This document shows, piece after piece, positions 26,729 to 37,476 of a stretch of 64,000 nucleotides of DNA. The translations under genes were made by a program, and so were the position numbers. The stretch's first letter is position 1; each line of letters opens with the position of its first letter. Origin of the DNA: Candidatus Eubacterium faecale (GTDB lineage: Bacteria > Bacillota > Clostridia > Oscillospirales > Acutalibacteraceae); contig DWXN01000005.1 in the NCBI GenBank assembly GCA_019119185.1, forward strand, positions 45,951-109,950, in the 5' to 3' direction. Below the pieces are notes generated by a model, which saw only the letters and a program-made list of their open reading frames with translations, ran no database searches and was not told the origin of the DNA.

Positions 26729-28918
26729 ATGTTTTTCAAGAATTACGAAAAATGGGAAACAGAATTTGCGGGCCGTAAATTTACGCTGGAAACCGGCAAA
26801 ATGGCAGGCCTTGCAAACGCCGCGTTTTTAGCAACTTACGGCGAAACACAGGTGCTCTGCACCGTAACCGCTTCCGCAAAGCCGAGGGAGGGCATTGATT
26901 TCTTTCCGCTTTCCGTGGACTATGAAGAGAAGATGTATTCCGTGGGCAAAATCCCCGGCTCATTCCTGCGCCGCGAGGGCAGAGCAAGCGAGCACGCTAT
27001 TTTGACCAGCAGGTGCATAGACAGACCGATCCGTCCGCTTTTCCCAAAAGACCTTAGAAACGACTGCTCCGTTGTTGCAACGGTTATGAGCGTTGACCCG
27101 GACTGCTCGCCGGAAGTTACGGCGGCTATCGGCGTTTCCGCCGCGATCGCGGTTTCCGATATTCCGTGGGACGGCCCGATCTCTTCCGTAAACATTGGTC
27201 TTGTGGACGGCGAGATCGTTCTGAACCCAACGCTTGAGCAGAGAGAAAAGACGGATCTGACCCTTACCGTTGCCTCCACGGCAGACCTGGTTGCGATGAT
27301 AGAGGCAGGCGGTAACGAGATCCCGGATGACGTGATGTTTGACTGCATCATGGCAGGCCATGAAGAAAACAAAAAGATGGTTCAATTCATTCAGGGCATT
27401 GTGGATGAAATCGGCAAGCCGAAGTTTGCATATGAATCCTCCGATCCCGATCCCGAAATTCTTGCCGAGATCGAAGATTTCTGCATTGAAGACGTTAAAA
27501 AGGCGCTGGATACGGATGATAAACTTGTTCGTGACGAGGCGCTTCTTCCGATTTACGCAGCAGTTCATGAGAAATTTGACGAGAAATTTGAGGGCTGCGA
27601 AGAAAAGATCGACGAGATCATGTATCTTGTTCAAAAGCACGTGGTTCGCTCCTGGCTCAAGGACGAGCACAAGCGTGTGGACGGCAGAGGAATCGATGAG
27701 ATCCGCCCGCTTAATGCGGAGATTGACCTGCTGAAGAGAGCGCACGGCTCCGGCATGTTCACAAGAGGCCAGACGCAGGTGCTTTCCGTTACCACGCTTG
27801 GCCCCATGAGCGACTGCCAGCAGCTGGACGGGCTGGACGAGCAGAAAGAAAAGAGATATATCCACCACTACAACTTCCCGTCTTTCAGCGTTGGCGAAAC
27901 AAAGCCTTCCAGAGGACCGGGCAGACGTGAGATCGGCCACGGCGCGCTTGCTGAAAAAGCGCTGCTCCCCGTTATTCCGAGTGTGGATGACTTCCCGTAC
28001 TGCATCCGCGTAGTATCCGAAGTGCTTTCCTCCAACGGCTCCACATCCCAGGGCTCCGTATGCGGCTCCACCCTTTCCCTTATGGCGGCAGGCGTTCCGA
28101 TCAAGGCGCCGGTTGCAGGCATCAGCTGCGGTCTGATTACCGGTGATCAGGGCGTTTACGGCGATTTCATGACGATGGTTGATATTCAGGGCCTTGAAGA
28201 TTTTTACGGCGATATGGACTTTAAAGTTGCCGGCACCAAAAAAGGCATTACCGCGATCCAAATGGATCTGAAAGTACACGGCCTTACGCCGGAGATCATC
28301 AAAGAGGCATTCGCTAAAACACACAAAGCCAGAAATTATATTCTTGACGAGATCATGCTGCCCGTTATCAGCGAGCCGCGCAAGGAACTTTCCAAATACG
28401 CGCCGAAGATGGTTACGCTTTCCATTGATCCCGATAAGATCGGCGATGTGATCGGCAAAGGCGGCAAAGTAATTCAGGAGATCCAGAGCGACTTTGACGT
28501 TAAAGTGGATATAGAAGAGGACGGCCGCGTATTCATCAGCGGTATTGATATTGACAAGTGCAACAGCGCAAGAGACGTTGTTAAACTGATTGCCACGGAT
28601 CCCGAAGTCGGCGCGTTCTACAACGGCGTTGTAACAAGACTCATGAACTTCGGCGCGTTCGTAGAGATCGCTCCGGGCAAAGAGGGCTTGGTTCACATCT
28701 CCAGACTGGACGTCAAGAGAGTGGATAAGGTTGAAGATGTTGTAAAAGTCGGCGACACAGTGGTTGTAAAATGCATTGAGATCGATGATCAGGGCAGGAT
28801 CAACCTTTCCAGACGCGACGCGCTGATTGAACTGGACGGCTTAAAGCCCGAAAACGATATCGACGAGGCGCCGAGAAGGCCAAGAAGAGACGGCCACCGC
28901 CGCCCGCGCAGAGACTAA
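26729..28918 (+). CDS. pnp: Polyribonucleotide nucleotidyltransferase
   Basis: FFPLSVDY, RGQTQV, RREIGHG, SNGSTS, GDMDFKVAG, KH and S1 domains. Confidence 0.98.
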   Translation: MFFKNYEKWETEFAGRKFTLETGKMAGLANAAFLATYGETQVLCTVTASAKPREGIDFFPLSVDYEEKMYSVGKIPGSFLRREGRASEHAILTSRCIDRPIRPLFPKDLRNDCSVVATVMSVDPDCSPEVTAAIGVSAAIAVSDIPWDGPISSVNIGLVDGEIVLNPTLEQREKTDLTLTVASTADLVAMIEAGGNEIPDDVMFDCIMAGHEENKKMVQFIQGIVDEIGKPKFAYESSDPDPEILAEIEDFCIEDVKKALDTDDKLVRDEALLPIYAAVHEKFDEKFEGCEEKIDEIMYLVQKHVVRSWLKDEHKRVDGRGIDEIRPLNAEIDLLKRAHGSGMFTRGQTQVLSVTTLGPMSDCQQLDGLDEQKEKRYIHHYNFPSFSVGETKPSRGPGRREIGHGALAEKALLPVIPSVDDFPYCIRVVSEVLSSNGSTSQGSVCGSTLSLMAAGVPIKAPVAGISCGLITGDQGVYGDFMTMVDIQGLEDFYGDMDFKVAGTKKGITAIQMDLKVHGLTPEIIKEAFAKTHKARNYILDEIMLPVISEPRKELSKYAPKMVTLSIDPDKIGDVIGKGGKVIQEIQSDFDVKVDIEEDGRVFISGIDIDKCNSARDVVKLIATDPEVGAFYNGVVTRLMNFGAFVEIAPGKEGLVHISRLDVKRVDKVEDVVKVGDTVVVKCIEIDDQGRINLSRRDALIELDGLKPENDIDEAPRRPRRDGHRRPRRD

Positions 28919-28978
28919 AACCGAATATTCCAAAACCTTTTTAAGGCTGTGGATTTTTCTGAGCAACGCTTACTTTTC

Positions 28979-29010
28979 GCCACATAACCGCTTTGGTTAT
29001 GTGGCTTTTT
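28979..29010 (+). terminator. Intrinsic terminator after pnp
   Basis: gccacataacc-gcttt-ggttatgtggc-ttttt. Confidence 0.8.
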
Positions 29011-29059
29011 TACGCATACCGAAAAGTATTTCAAATAAAACAGCATACCGGAGGAAAAA

Positions 29060-30406
29060 ATGGAGCAGACTTTTATGAAAGAGCGGAAGATCGTGCCGCT
29101 CGTGATCACGATGGCGCTGCCGATGACGGTTTCCATGCTCATCAATTCATTATACAATATCGTAGACAGTTATTTCGTTGCAAAGATAAGCGAGGACGCG
29201 ATGACGGCGCTGTCTCTTGTTTACCCTGTTCAAAATCTGGTGACTGCCGTTACCGTCGGTTATGGAATCGGCGTAAACGCCGTGATCGCGTTCTACCTCG
29301 GCGCCGGCAGACAAAAGCATGCGGATACTGCTGCCTCTGCAGGCATGCTCTTTAACCTGCTGCACGGCGTGATACTGACCGGCTGTATTTTTATCATGCC
29401 GGTGTTTTTGCGCATGTTTACGGACAACAGTGTGGTTCTGGATTACGGCATCCGCTATTCCAATATTGTTTTCCTGTTCAGCATTCCCATTGCCGCCGGG
29501 ATCAGTTTTGAAAAGACCTTTCAGGCAGTCGGCAAAATGACGGTTTCCATGATTGCCATGCTGGCGGGCTGCGTAACGAATATCATTCTGGATCCCGTTC
29601 TGATATTCGGCTGGTGGATCTTTCCCGAAATGGGCATAGAGGGCGCGGCGCTTGCCACGGGAATCGGGCAGGTCGTTACGCTGGTGATCTATCTTGTGAT
29701 CTATTTTACAAAGGGGCTTGCCGTGCAGATCCGTTTTAAAGATTTTACGGAATTTGCAAAGATCAGCCGCCGCACCTATTCCATAGGCATTCCGGCGGCG
29801 CTGAACATGGCGCTTCCCTCCCTGATGATCTCCGTGCTCAACTCGATCCTTTCCGTGTTTTCGCAGACTTACGTGCTTGTGCTTGGCGCGTATTACAAAT
29901 TGCAGACCTTTTTGTATCTGACGGCAAACGGCATTGTGCAGGGCATGCGCCCCGTATTGAGTTACAACTACGGCGCGGAAGAATACAAGCGTGTGCGCGG
30001 CATCTTCGGCGTAAGCCTTTCCTTTATTGTGTGCGTTATGGTGCTGGGCACCGTGCTTTGCGCCGCCATCCCGCAAAACCTGATCGGTCTTTTCAGTTCG
30101 GGAAGTGAAACGATCCGGATCGGCGTTCAGGCGCTGCGCATCATCTGCATCGGGTTCATTCCGTCCGCGCTGAGCGTAACGGTATCCGGCGCGCTGGAGG
30201 GGCTTGGAAAAGGCGGCACATCGCTTTGGATCTCTCTGTTCAGATATGTACTGATCATTCTGCCGGCAGCGTTTTTGTTAAGCCGGGCGATCGGCGCAAG
30301 CGGCGTATGGAACGCGTTTTGGATCACGGAAATCATCACCGCGCTGTTTTCGGTAATCGTTTTCATGTTTGTATCAAAAAAGAATTTAAAGAAAAAAACG
30401 GTCTGA
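29060..30406 (+). CDS. MATE-family efflux transporter
   Basis: MALPM..SLYNIVDSYFV, NIILDPVLIFG, GAALATG; about 12 TM helices. Confidence 0.92.
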   Translation: MEQTFMKERKIVPLVITMALPMTVSMLINSLYNIVDSYFVAKISEDAMTALSLVYPVQNLVTAVTVGYGIGVNAVIAFYLGAGRQKHADTAASAGMLFNLLHGVILTGCIFIMPVFLRMFTDNSVVLDYGIRYSNIVFLFSIPIAAGISFEKTFQAVGKMTVSMIAMLAGCVTNIILDPVLIFGWWIFPEMGIEGAALATGIGQVVTLVIYLVIYFTKGLAVQIRFKDFTEFAKISRRTYSIGIPAALNMALPSLMISVLNSILSVFSQTYVLVLGAYYKLQTFLYLTANGIVQGMRPVLSYNYGAEEYKRVRGIFGVSLSFIVCVMVLGTVLCAAIPQNLIGLFSSGSETIRIGVQALRIICIGFIPSALSVTVSGALEGLGKGGTSLWISLFRYVLIILPAAFLLSRAIGASGVWNAFWITEIITALFSVIVFMFVSKKNLKKKTV

Positions 30407-30534
30407 GAAATCAGGCCGTTTTTGGCATGCCATTTTAAACACCACATCACCATGCACGCATGTTTCATGAAAATACTTGCGCACCGGCAGAAAAACAAAC
30501 GAAAAAATTTCCAAAAAAACCTTTCATAATCATC

Positions 30535-30563
30535 GCATACTGCGCCCGAATATGTGCAAAATA
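30535..30563 (+). promoter_or_regulatory. Possible SigG-type promoter of spoVT
   Basis: GCATA-17-CAAAATA resembles the forespore sigma consensus. Confidence 0.4.
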
Positions 30564-30601
30564 TTACAGATAAAGTTACAAATTAAGGGAGAAAGATGTA
30601 T

Positions 30602-31138
30602 ATGAAAGCAACAGGAATTGTCAGACGAATCGACGACCTGGGAAGAATCGTGATTCCAAAGGAGATCCGCCGTTCCTTTCGCATCAGAGAGGGCGACCCG
30701 CTTGAGATATTCACCGATGCGGAAGGCGAAGTGATCTTTAAAAAATATTCGCCGATAGGCGAACTTTCCAATTTTGCAAACCAGTATGCCGAAGTGCTGC
30801 ACAAAAGCGGCGGACTGCCGATCGCGATCATGGATAATGACCACGTGATCGCCGCCTCCGGGCTGAGCAAACGGGAAGTGCTGGAACGGCGCGTTACAAA
30901 GAATTTAGAAGAACTGATGGAAAACCGGGCGATCCATATCTCTACAAAAGAGGTGCCGCCCATGAACGCCATAGAGGGATTTGACAGAAAAGCAAACGTT
31001 GTTTACCCCATCATTTACGGCGGGGATGTTTCCGGCGCGGTTGCGCTGATGCAGAGCGACGAAAGCCACCTGCCAACCGAAACGGAAATCAAACTGGTTC
31101 AGGTTGCCGCAGCATTTCTCGGCAAACAAATGGAATAA
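30602..31138 (+). CDS. spoVT: Stage V sporulation protein T (AbrB-like domain plus GAF domain)
   Basis: MKATGIVRRIDDLGRIVIPKEIRR, FKKYSPIGEL, AAAFLGKQME. Confidence 0.93.
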   Translation: MKATGIVRRIDDLGRIVIPKEIRRSFRIREGDPLEIFTDAEGEVIFKKYSPIGELSNFANQYAEVLHKSGGLPIAIMDNDHVIAASGLSKREVLERRVTKNLEELMENRAIHISTKEVPPMNAIEGFDRKANVVYPIIYGGDVSGAVALMQSDESHLPTETEIKLVQVAAAFLGKQME

Positions 31139-31192
31139 AACGCAAAGAAATCGGCAGGGCTTTTACAAGCCCTGCCAAACTTTTTCAACGCA

Positions 31193-32011
31193 TCATGTTC
31201 TGTTTTTTCTGTATTTAAGCGGACTGATACCGTTTGCACTTTTAAAATACGCCGAAAAATAATGGGCGTCCCCAAAACCCAGCCGGTGTGCGATCTCCTC
31301 AACAGAAAGATCCGTGTTGCGCAGATAGAGTTTTGCCGTGCGCATTTTATTGTCAATATAATATTTATAAGGCGTAATCCCGTATCGCTCGCGAAAGATA
31401 CGTATGATATGGTTTTTGGAATAGCCGTATTTTGTGCAAAGCAGATCCAGCGAAAAATGTTCGCCCGTAAACGCATGAATATCTGCGCAGATCTTTTTGC
31501 AAACGTCTGCGCTTTTATCTTCCACCGCACGTTTTACGGTAATGATCATTTTGTACAGAACAACGGCAGCGGCGTCGCACATGGCGGAATAATCATCCGC
31601 ATAGTTATCAGCAAGCTCCTCTAACTCGCAAAACGCGTCTGAAAGATCGCAGTCATGAAAGCAATACTCGCTGCCGGGCAGATAAAAATCCGCAAGATTT
31701 GTCAGAATATCCGAATCAAAAACCACCCAACGCTTTTTCCACCTGTTTTGCTTATCGGTATAATATCTGTGGCTGCTGCCCTTGGGCAGGATCACGGCGC
31801 AGCCGGCGCAAGGCGTATATTTTTTCTCATTCACCTGCAAAAAGCCGCTGCCGCTTTCTATATATTCAAATGCGCTGATTGAGGAATGCTTGCGTTGCAC
31901 AAAGTAACCCGGCTCGCAAACCGTTTTTCCGATCACCATAATATTTACAGGGAGCTGAGGGTCGTAGTTTTGCCAATATGCCCTGCCGTTATCCGTTTCG
32001 CGCTTTTCCAT
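31193..32011 (-). CDS. AraC-family regulator
   Basis: Cupin N-domain; C-terminal EEIAHRLGFGDAHYFSAYFKSANGISPLKYR. Confidence 0.92.
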   Translation of the reverse strand: MEKRETDNGRAYWQNYDPQLPVNIMVIGKTVCEPGYFVQRKHSSISAFEYIESGSGFLQVNEKKYTPCAGCAVILPKGSSHRYYTDKQNRWKKRWVVFDSDILTNLADFYLPGSEYCFHDCDLSDAFCELEELADNYADDYSAMCDAAAVVLYKMIITVKRAVEDKSADVCKKICADIHAFTGEHFSLDLLCTKYGYSKNHIIRIFRERYGITPYKYYIDNKMRTAKLYLRNTDLSVEEIAHRLGFGDAHYFSAYFKSANGISPLKYRKNRT

Positions 32012-32119
32012 GTTGATTTTCCTAACTTTTTTGAGTATTTATATAATTTTATCCCTTTTTATAATGTGATAATATATATTATAGTGCATTCTGCCATTCA
32101 TTTTCAAGGGGGTAATATC

Positions 32120-33778
32120 ATGAAATACAAGATAGAAATGGTTTATGAAAGCGCCGGCGGCACATCTGTGCTTACCGGTATGCAAGACGACATATGCAAG
32201 CTAAGTTCCGGCACGGACGGCGGCATTACAAAAATAGAACTGCATGCAGCAGAAGAGATCCGAATCAAAAAATTCAGACTCATTCTGCCGTATCGTTTTT
32301 CACAAAACAGCAGGATCTTTGCAAACGGCTTTCAGAGCTGGACGGATTCACGCGAATATATGCCGTATGAAAAGATGAGCGAACTCAGCAGGCCGGTGGA
32401 GCTCTTTATCAATTCGCCGCTTGCGGCCGGCACAGGGCTGAACCGCTCAGGCGACGGCACATTTCATAAATATCCAAGAAAAAAAGGTGTTTTTTACGGT
32501 TTTTCATACGGATATGTGCGTGACGGGGAACGGACGGAACTGTTCGGCTCTATCAGCGAAAGAACCGGCTACACGATTATCACCTTTGACACAAACAAAA
32601 ATCTGATCTGCATAGAAAAAGATCTTGCAGGCAAAACGTTTAAAGAAAGCGGCGAGCTTCTGTCGTTTGCTGTTATTGCCGGGGATTATGAGGCAGTGTT
32701 CAACAAATATTTTGACCTGATGAAGATACCCGCACCCAGGGCAAAAAGATCCTGCGGCTACACCACCTGGTATAACTATTACGGGAATGTAACAGAAGAA
32801 GTGGTAAACCGCGATCTGGAATCCATGAGCAAATGCAATATAAATATAGATTTTTTCCAGATAGACGACGGCTATCAGAATGCCATCGGTGATTGGTTGA
32901 TCACGGATAAGGTTAAATTTCCCTCCGGCATGAAAGCCGTTGCAGATGCGATCCACAGCCGCGGCATAAAGGCAGGCTTATGGCTTGCGCCCTTTGCCGG
33001 AGTAAAGAAGAGCGCGCTTTTCCAAAATCACCCGGACTGGTTCATCACAGACCAAACCGGCAAGCACTATATCACCGGGCCTAACTGGGGAACATTTTAC
33101 GCACTAGATATTTATAACGAAGACGCGCGTAATTACATAAAAAAAGTGTTTGATACCGTTTTAAACGAGTGGGGCTACGATCTGGTGAAACTGGATTTCC
33201 TTTATGCCGCCGCCGTTTTACCGATCCACGGGAAAACACGCGGAGAGATCATGTGCGACGCGATGGATCTTCTGCGGGAATGCTGCGGAGAAAAACTGAT
33301 TCTCGGCTGCGGCGTGCCGCTTATGCCCGCTTTCGGCAAAGTGGATTACTGCCGTATCGGCGCGGACGTTACAAACCATTGGGTTCCCAGAAAATTCACA
33401 ACAAGGGAGGATGTTTCCACACCGCACGGCGTAAATAACTCCATCTTCCGCCGCCATTTGGACGGCAGAGCCTTTATGAACGATCCGGATGTATTCTTTT
33501 TGAGAAATGAAAACATGAAAATGGACTTTAAAAAGCGCACCCTGCTTGCTAAAATCGATTCTCTGTTTGGATCTCTTCTATTTGTTTCGGATAATGTGGG
33601 CAATTACGACACAGAGCAGATGCGCGCTCTGAAAGATGTTTTTACCAGCCAAAAAGCGGACATTCTGTCTGCCGAATACACCGCAAAAAAACAAATCACG
33701 GTAAAATACAGGCTTAATGATACCGAGCACACGCTTGTTTTCAACCCGGATAACGGCAATATTTTTGAGGAAAACTGA
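32120..33778 (+). CDS. Alpha-galactosidase, GH36-type
   Basis: GYTTWYNYY, QIDDGY, GLWLAPF, VKLDF, CRIGAD, NDPD; ATG at 32120. Confidence 0.85.
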   Translation: MKYKIEMVYESAGGTSVLTGMQDDICKLSSGTDGGITKIELHAAEEIRIKKFRLILPYRFSQNSRIFANGFQSWTDSREYMPYEKMSELSRPVELFINSPLAAGTGLNRSGDGTFHKYPRKKGVFYGFSYGYVRDGERTELFGSISERTGYTIITFDTNKNLICIEKDLAGKTFKESGELLSFAVIAGDYEAVFNKYFDLMKIPAPRAKRSCGYTTWYNYYGNVTEEVVNRDLESMSKCNINIDFFQIDDGYQNAIGDWLITDKVKFPSGMKAVADAIHSRGIKAGLWLAPFAGVKKSALFQNHPDWFITDQTGKHYITGPNWGTFYALDIYNEDARNYIKKVFDTVLNEWGYDLVKLDFLYAAAVLPIHGKTRGEIMCDAMDLLRECCGEKLILGCGVPLMPAFGKVDYCRIGADVTNHWVPRKFTTREDVSTPHGVNNSIFRRHLDGRAFMNDPDVFFLRNENMKMDFKKRTLLAKIDSLFGSLLFVSDNVGNYDTEQMRALKDVFTSQKADILSAEYTAKKQITVKYRLNDTEHTLVFNPDNGNIFEEN

Positions 33779-33779
33779 T

Positions 33780-35264
33780 ATGAAAGGCAAAAAGTTTTCT
33801 TTATCCGCGGTTCCGGCGCTTGCCAAGGGATTCGTAAAAGACGTTAAAGAACACTGGAAAACGCCTGCGGAAAGCAAATATATCTCCTATAAAGAATTCA
33901 CCGCCTACAGCGTTGGCGGAATCGGCGTAAACACAATCAATTCCATTTTCGGCTACGTTGCATTAAACGCAAACTGCCTGCTGCTTGGTTCCGCATACGG
34001 GATAGACCCCGTGCATCTGGTATGGATGTCCACCATCGTAAACATCCTAAATCTCGCCAAATCGCCGTTTATCAGCATGCTGATCGACAATACCAACACA
34101 AAGTTCGGCAAGTTCAGACCCTATCTGATCATCACGGGCATTCCCACGGCGGTTTTAATCTGCCTGATGGCATTTATTCCAAGCAGCATAAATTACACGC
34201 TGAAATGCGTGCTGCTGTGCCTGATCTATGCGCTTGCCATGCTGTTTCAGTCCACCTATTCGCTGGCATACTCCAGCCTTGCGCAGGTGCTTACCCCCAA
34301 CAGCGCGGAGCGCACTTCGCTGCTTTCCATAAGCGCGTTTATCTATAATCTGGGGCCAAGCATCGTAAATATGATCCTGCCCATCATCGCCGAATTGTTT
34401 GACGGCGGTATGCGCGGCTTTGCCGTTTACCGGGTCATGTTCCCCGTTTTTTCCGTTGCCGGCATTCTGCTGAGCATCTGGACTTTTAAAGACACAAAAG
34501 AAAAGATCATCGTGCCCAAAACCTATGTTGCAAAAGTAAAATTCTCAGACGGCATCAAGGAGATCAAAAACAACAAATATTTCTGGCTCTTATATCTTTA
34601 CCAGATCTTTGGCGTTATGAAAGGCGGAATCAGCAGCATTCTTGCCTGGTACTGTTCTTATGTGATCATGAGCGACAGCGTTCTCGGCATTATGAACACC
34701 GTAATGGGAACCGCGTCCGTTCCCGGCATGCTGCTTGCGCCCGTGCTGGCAAAAAAATTCGGAAAGCGCAATTGTTTGATCGTATTTAATGTGATGCGCG
34801 CTGTTTTTGCCGCGCTGATGCTTTTCACCTCAAACAGCCCGGTTCTTTTCCTCGCAAGCCTGTACATCGCTACGCTGGCTACAGGAGGGGATGCAGTGAT
34901 CACTTCTGCCGCCACAGCGGACATCTTTGATTACCAGCAGTGGAAAACCGGAAAACGCCTGGAAGGGTTTATCACGCAGTTCGGCGGCATGCTCGTGACC
35001 GCGGCAACCATGGGATCTGCCTTTATCCTGCCGTATTTTTACAGGCATTACGGCCTTGGAACCGATTATACCGTTCTTTATGAAGCATCCATACGAACTC
35101 CTATTTTCAATATCATGATCATCACCTCTGTAATATCCAGCCTGCTGGCAGTGATTCCGATCCTGTTTTATAACTTAACGGAAAAGAAACAAAAGCAGAT
35201 CATAGAGGATCTGAAACAGAGAGCGCAGGAGAACGACAGCAATGAAACTGTATCCGCTGATTAA
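33780..35264 (+). CDS. MFS glycoside-pentoside-hexuronide (GPH) symporter
   Basis: IDNTNTKFGKFRPYL, DYQQWKTGKRLEG; multiple TM helices. Confidence 0.88.
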   Translation: MKGKKFSLSAVPALAKGFVKDVKEHWKTPAESKYISYKEFTAYSVGGIGVNTINSIFGYVALNANCLLLGSAYGIDPVHLVWMSTIVNILNLAKSPFISMLIDNTNTKFGKFRPYLIITGIPTAVLICLMAFIPSSINYTLKCVLLCLIYALAMLFQSTYSLAYSSLAQVLTPNSAERTSLLSISAFIYNLGPSIVNMILPIIAELFDGGMRGFAVYRVMFPVFSVAGILLSIWTFKDTKEKIIVPKTYVAKVKFSDGIKEIKNNKYFWLLYLYQIFGVMKGGISSILAWYCSYVIMSDSVLGIMNTVMGTASVPGMLLAPVLAKKFGKRNCLIVFNVMRAVFAALMLFTSNSPVLFLASLYIATLATGGDAVITSAATADIFDYQQWKTGKRLEGFITQFGGMLVTAATMGSAFILPYFYRHYGLGTDYTVLYEASIRTPIFNIMIITSVISSLLAVIPILFYNLTEKKQKQIIEDLKQRAQENDSNETVSAD

Positions 35265-37263
35265 ACATAAAATTTTAAATTCTTTCGCGTTTGCCGTATG
35301 GGCAAAACCATCCGTTAAGCATATGAGTGACGGAAGAATTAAAAAACTTTGCACGGATAAAAGCGTCCTTTGGGAGATCGGGCGCGAATCCGGCGCCTGC
35401 AGCGATCATATGGAGATGAGCGGTTTCAGATCCGATTCCATCCTATGCGTGGGCAAAAGCGCAAGCGGAAAACTGCTTGTGCACAGGCACATCACGATCC
35501 CGGCATTGAGAACATTGCCGAACGATACGCGCGGCAGTTTCTGCTTTAATGTTTCGGGAAGCGTATGCAAAATCAAAGCAAACGGAAAGCGGCAGGCGGA
35601 ACGCCCGCAAAAGGTCTGGATGCGCGGCAATCTGACCGTAGTTTCCGACAGCAGTGAAACAGAGATCACAAGAACCTTTATAAACTGCGCGGACGCGCCC
35701 GCTTTGATCGAAAAAGTGGAGGTCAAAATGAAAAGGCACGGTTTGCTGGACATTTCCGTTCCTTATTCAAAAAGCGTTTATCCGGCAGAATATTGCGTAG
35801 GCGGTGAGATCGAATACGGCGTTTGCGCCTGCGCGGAAGGCTCCGTTTCTTTCACCAGAGCCTATGACCTGAAGCAGAAAAAAGATATGCACGCCGGGGA
35901 AACCTGTACCTTTTATCTTGTTTATTTTGCAGGCAGAGGCAAAACGGTGATAAATATTTCCAAACAGATACAACAGCGCAGCCAACTGATTGAAAGCATG
36001 TTTTCCTCTATGACGCTGCAAAGCGGAAACGCATATCTTGACGCGGAATTTTCACACTGCCTGCTCCGGGGCAGTGAAAGCATATACAAAACAAAAGCCG
36101 GTCTTTTCCACAGCCCCGGCGGTGGGAATTATTATGCCGCGCTTTGGACGAATGACCAGTGCGAATACGCAAATCCGTTTTTTGCTTTTTCCGGCTACGC
36201 GCCGGGCATAGAGAGCGCGCTCAACTGCTACCGCCTTTATGAAACCTATATGGATAAAAGCGACACGCCTTTTGCATCCAAACGTGCGCTTGTAACCAGT
36301 ATCGTTGCCGAGGGCGAAGATTTCTGGAACGGCGCCGGCGACCGCGGTGACGGTGCTATGTACGCCTACGGCATATGCCGGTTTTTGCTTGGGCTGGGCA
36401 GCAAGGCGCTTATGGAAGAATTTTTTGAAAGCATCAAGTGGTGCATAGACTTCTGCCTTTCCAGAAAGAATGCGCAGGGCGTGATCTGCAGCGATTCAGA
36501 TGAACTGGAAAACCGCTTTGAATCCGGAAACGCAAATCTGAACACAAGCTGCCTGACCTATGACGCGCTTTTGAACGGCGCGCTGATCTGTGAAATTCTG
36601 AATAAAGCCGAAACTGCGCAAGCATGGAAAAAAGAGGCTGAGCGCCTGAAAGAAAGCATAGAAACCTATTTCGGCGCAAATGTGGAGGGTTTTGACACTT
36701 ACGCCTATTATAAAGGCAATGATCTGCTGCGCTCCTGGATCTGCACCCCGCTTACGGTGGAGATCTTCAGCAGAAAAGAAGAAACGCTGAAAGCCCTTTT
36801 CAGCCCGAAATTATACAAAAACGGCATGCTGCGCAGCGTTTCAAACAACCCCACAACCTGGGACCGCAGCCTGCTTTTTGCACTGAGAGGCGCTTTTCTT
36901 GCCAACGATCCGGATGCGTTTTATAAAGTGTGTTCATACAGTGAAAGCCGCTTGACCGGCAACCACTCCCCCTATCCGTTTGAGGCGTTCCCGGAGGGAA
37001 ACCGAGCGCACCTAAGCGGGGAAAGCATTCTGTTTTGCCGTATCATAACGGAGGGATTATTCGGTCTGCGCGTAACAGGGTGGAAAAAACTGCGCGTCTC
37101 TCTTAAGAAAAGGAACATTTCCCTTTCCGGTCTGAAACTGTTTGGGGAAACCTTCAGTATTTCCGAAAACGGAAACGGAATTGTGATTACAACGGAAACC
37201 GAAATGTATCAGACCGATCAGCTTGAAGCCGTATTTGATTTTGAAAAGCGTAATTTCATTTAA
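35242..37263 (+). CDS. Six-hairpin (alpha/alpha)6 glycosidase-like protein, family unassigned
   Basis: YYAALWTNDQCEY, DRGDGAMYAYG, SDSDELENRF; overlaps the transporter stop codon. Confidence 0.65.
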   Translation: MKLYPLIKHKILNSFAFAVWAKPSVKHMSDGRIKKLCTDKSVLWEIGRESGACSDHMEMSGFRSDSILCVGKSASGKLLVHRHITIPALRTLPNDTRGSFCFNVSGSVCKIKANGKRQAERPQKVWMRGNLTVVSDSSETEITRTFINCADAPALIEKVEVKMKRHGLLDISVPYSKSVYPAEYCVGGEIEYGVCACAEGSVSFTRAYDLKQKKDMHAGETCTFYLVYFAGRGKTVINISKQIQQRSQLIESMFSSMTLQSGNAYLDAEFSHCLLRGSESIYKTKAGLFHSPGGGNYYAALWTNDQCEYANPFFAFSGYAPGIESALNCYRLYETYMDKSDTPFASKRALVTSIVAEGEDFWNGAGDRGDGAMYAYGICRFLLGLGSKALMEEFFESIKWCIDFCLSRKNAQGVICSDSDELENRFESGNANLNTSCLTYDALLNGALICEILNKAETAQAWKKEAERLKESIETYFGANVEGFDTYAYYKGNDLLRSWICTPLTVEIFSRKEETLKALFSPKLYKNGMLRSVSNNPTTWDRSLLFALRGAFLANDPDAFYKVCSYSESRLTGNHSPYPFEAFPEGNRAHLSGESILFCRIITEGLFGLRVTGWKKLRVSLKKRNISLSGLKLFGETFSISENGNGIVITTETEMYQTDQLEAVFDFEKRNFI

Positions 37264-37476
37264 TATGGCGTCTGAACAAAAGCGTTCCGTCCGCAAGATC
37301 CGCTAAAATTCATTACAAGAAAAAATCTTACTATAATTGTGTATTTTGCACAAATTTTAAAGCTGTATATTGTGCAATATATTTAATACATAGAAGTTTG
37401 CACAAAAATATTGATTTTTAAAAACAAGCGTATATAATGTATGGCAAGAGAGGAAAAAACAGGCGGGATCTTGTTG

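Noticed and set aside
26960-28696. 578-aa antisense ORF over pnp; similar long shadows occur over purL, purF, hbd, bcd, etfB and feoB
   Set aside because: These are antisense shadows of well-conserved genes, produced by codon bias. They have no RBS and no recognisable domains.
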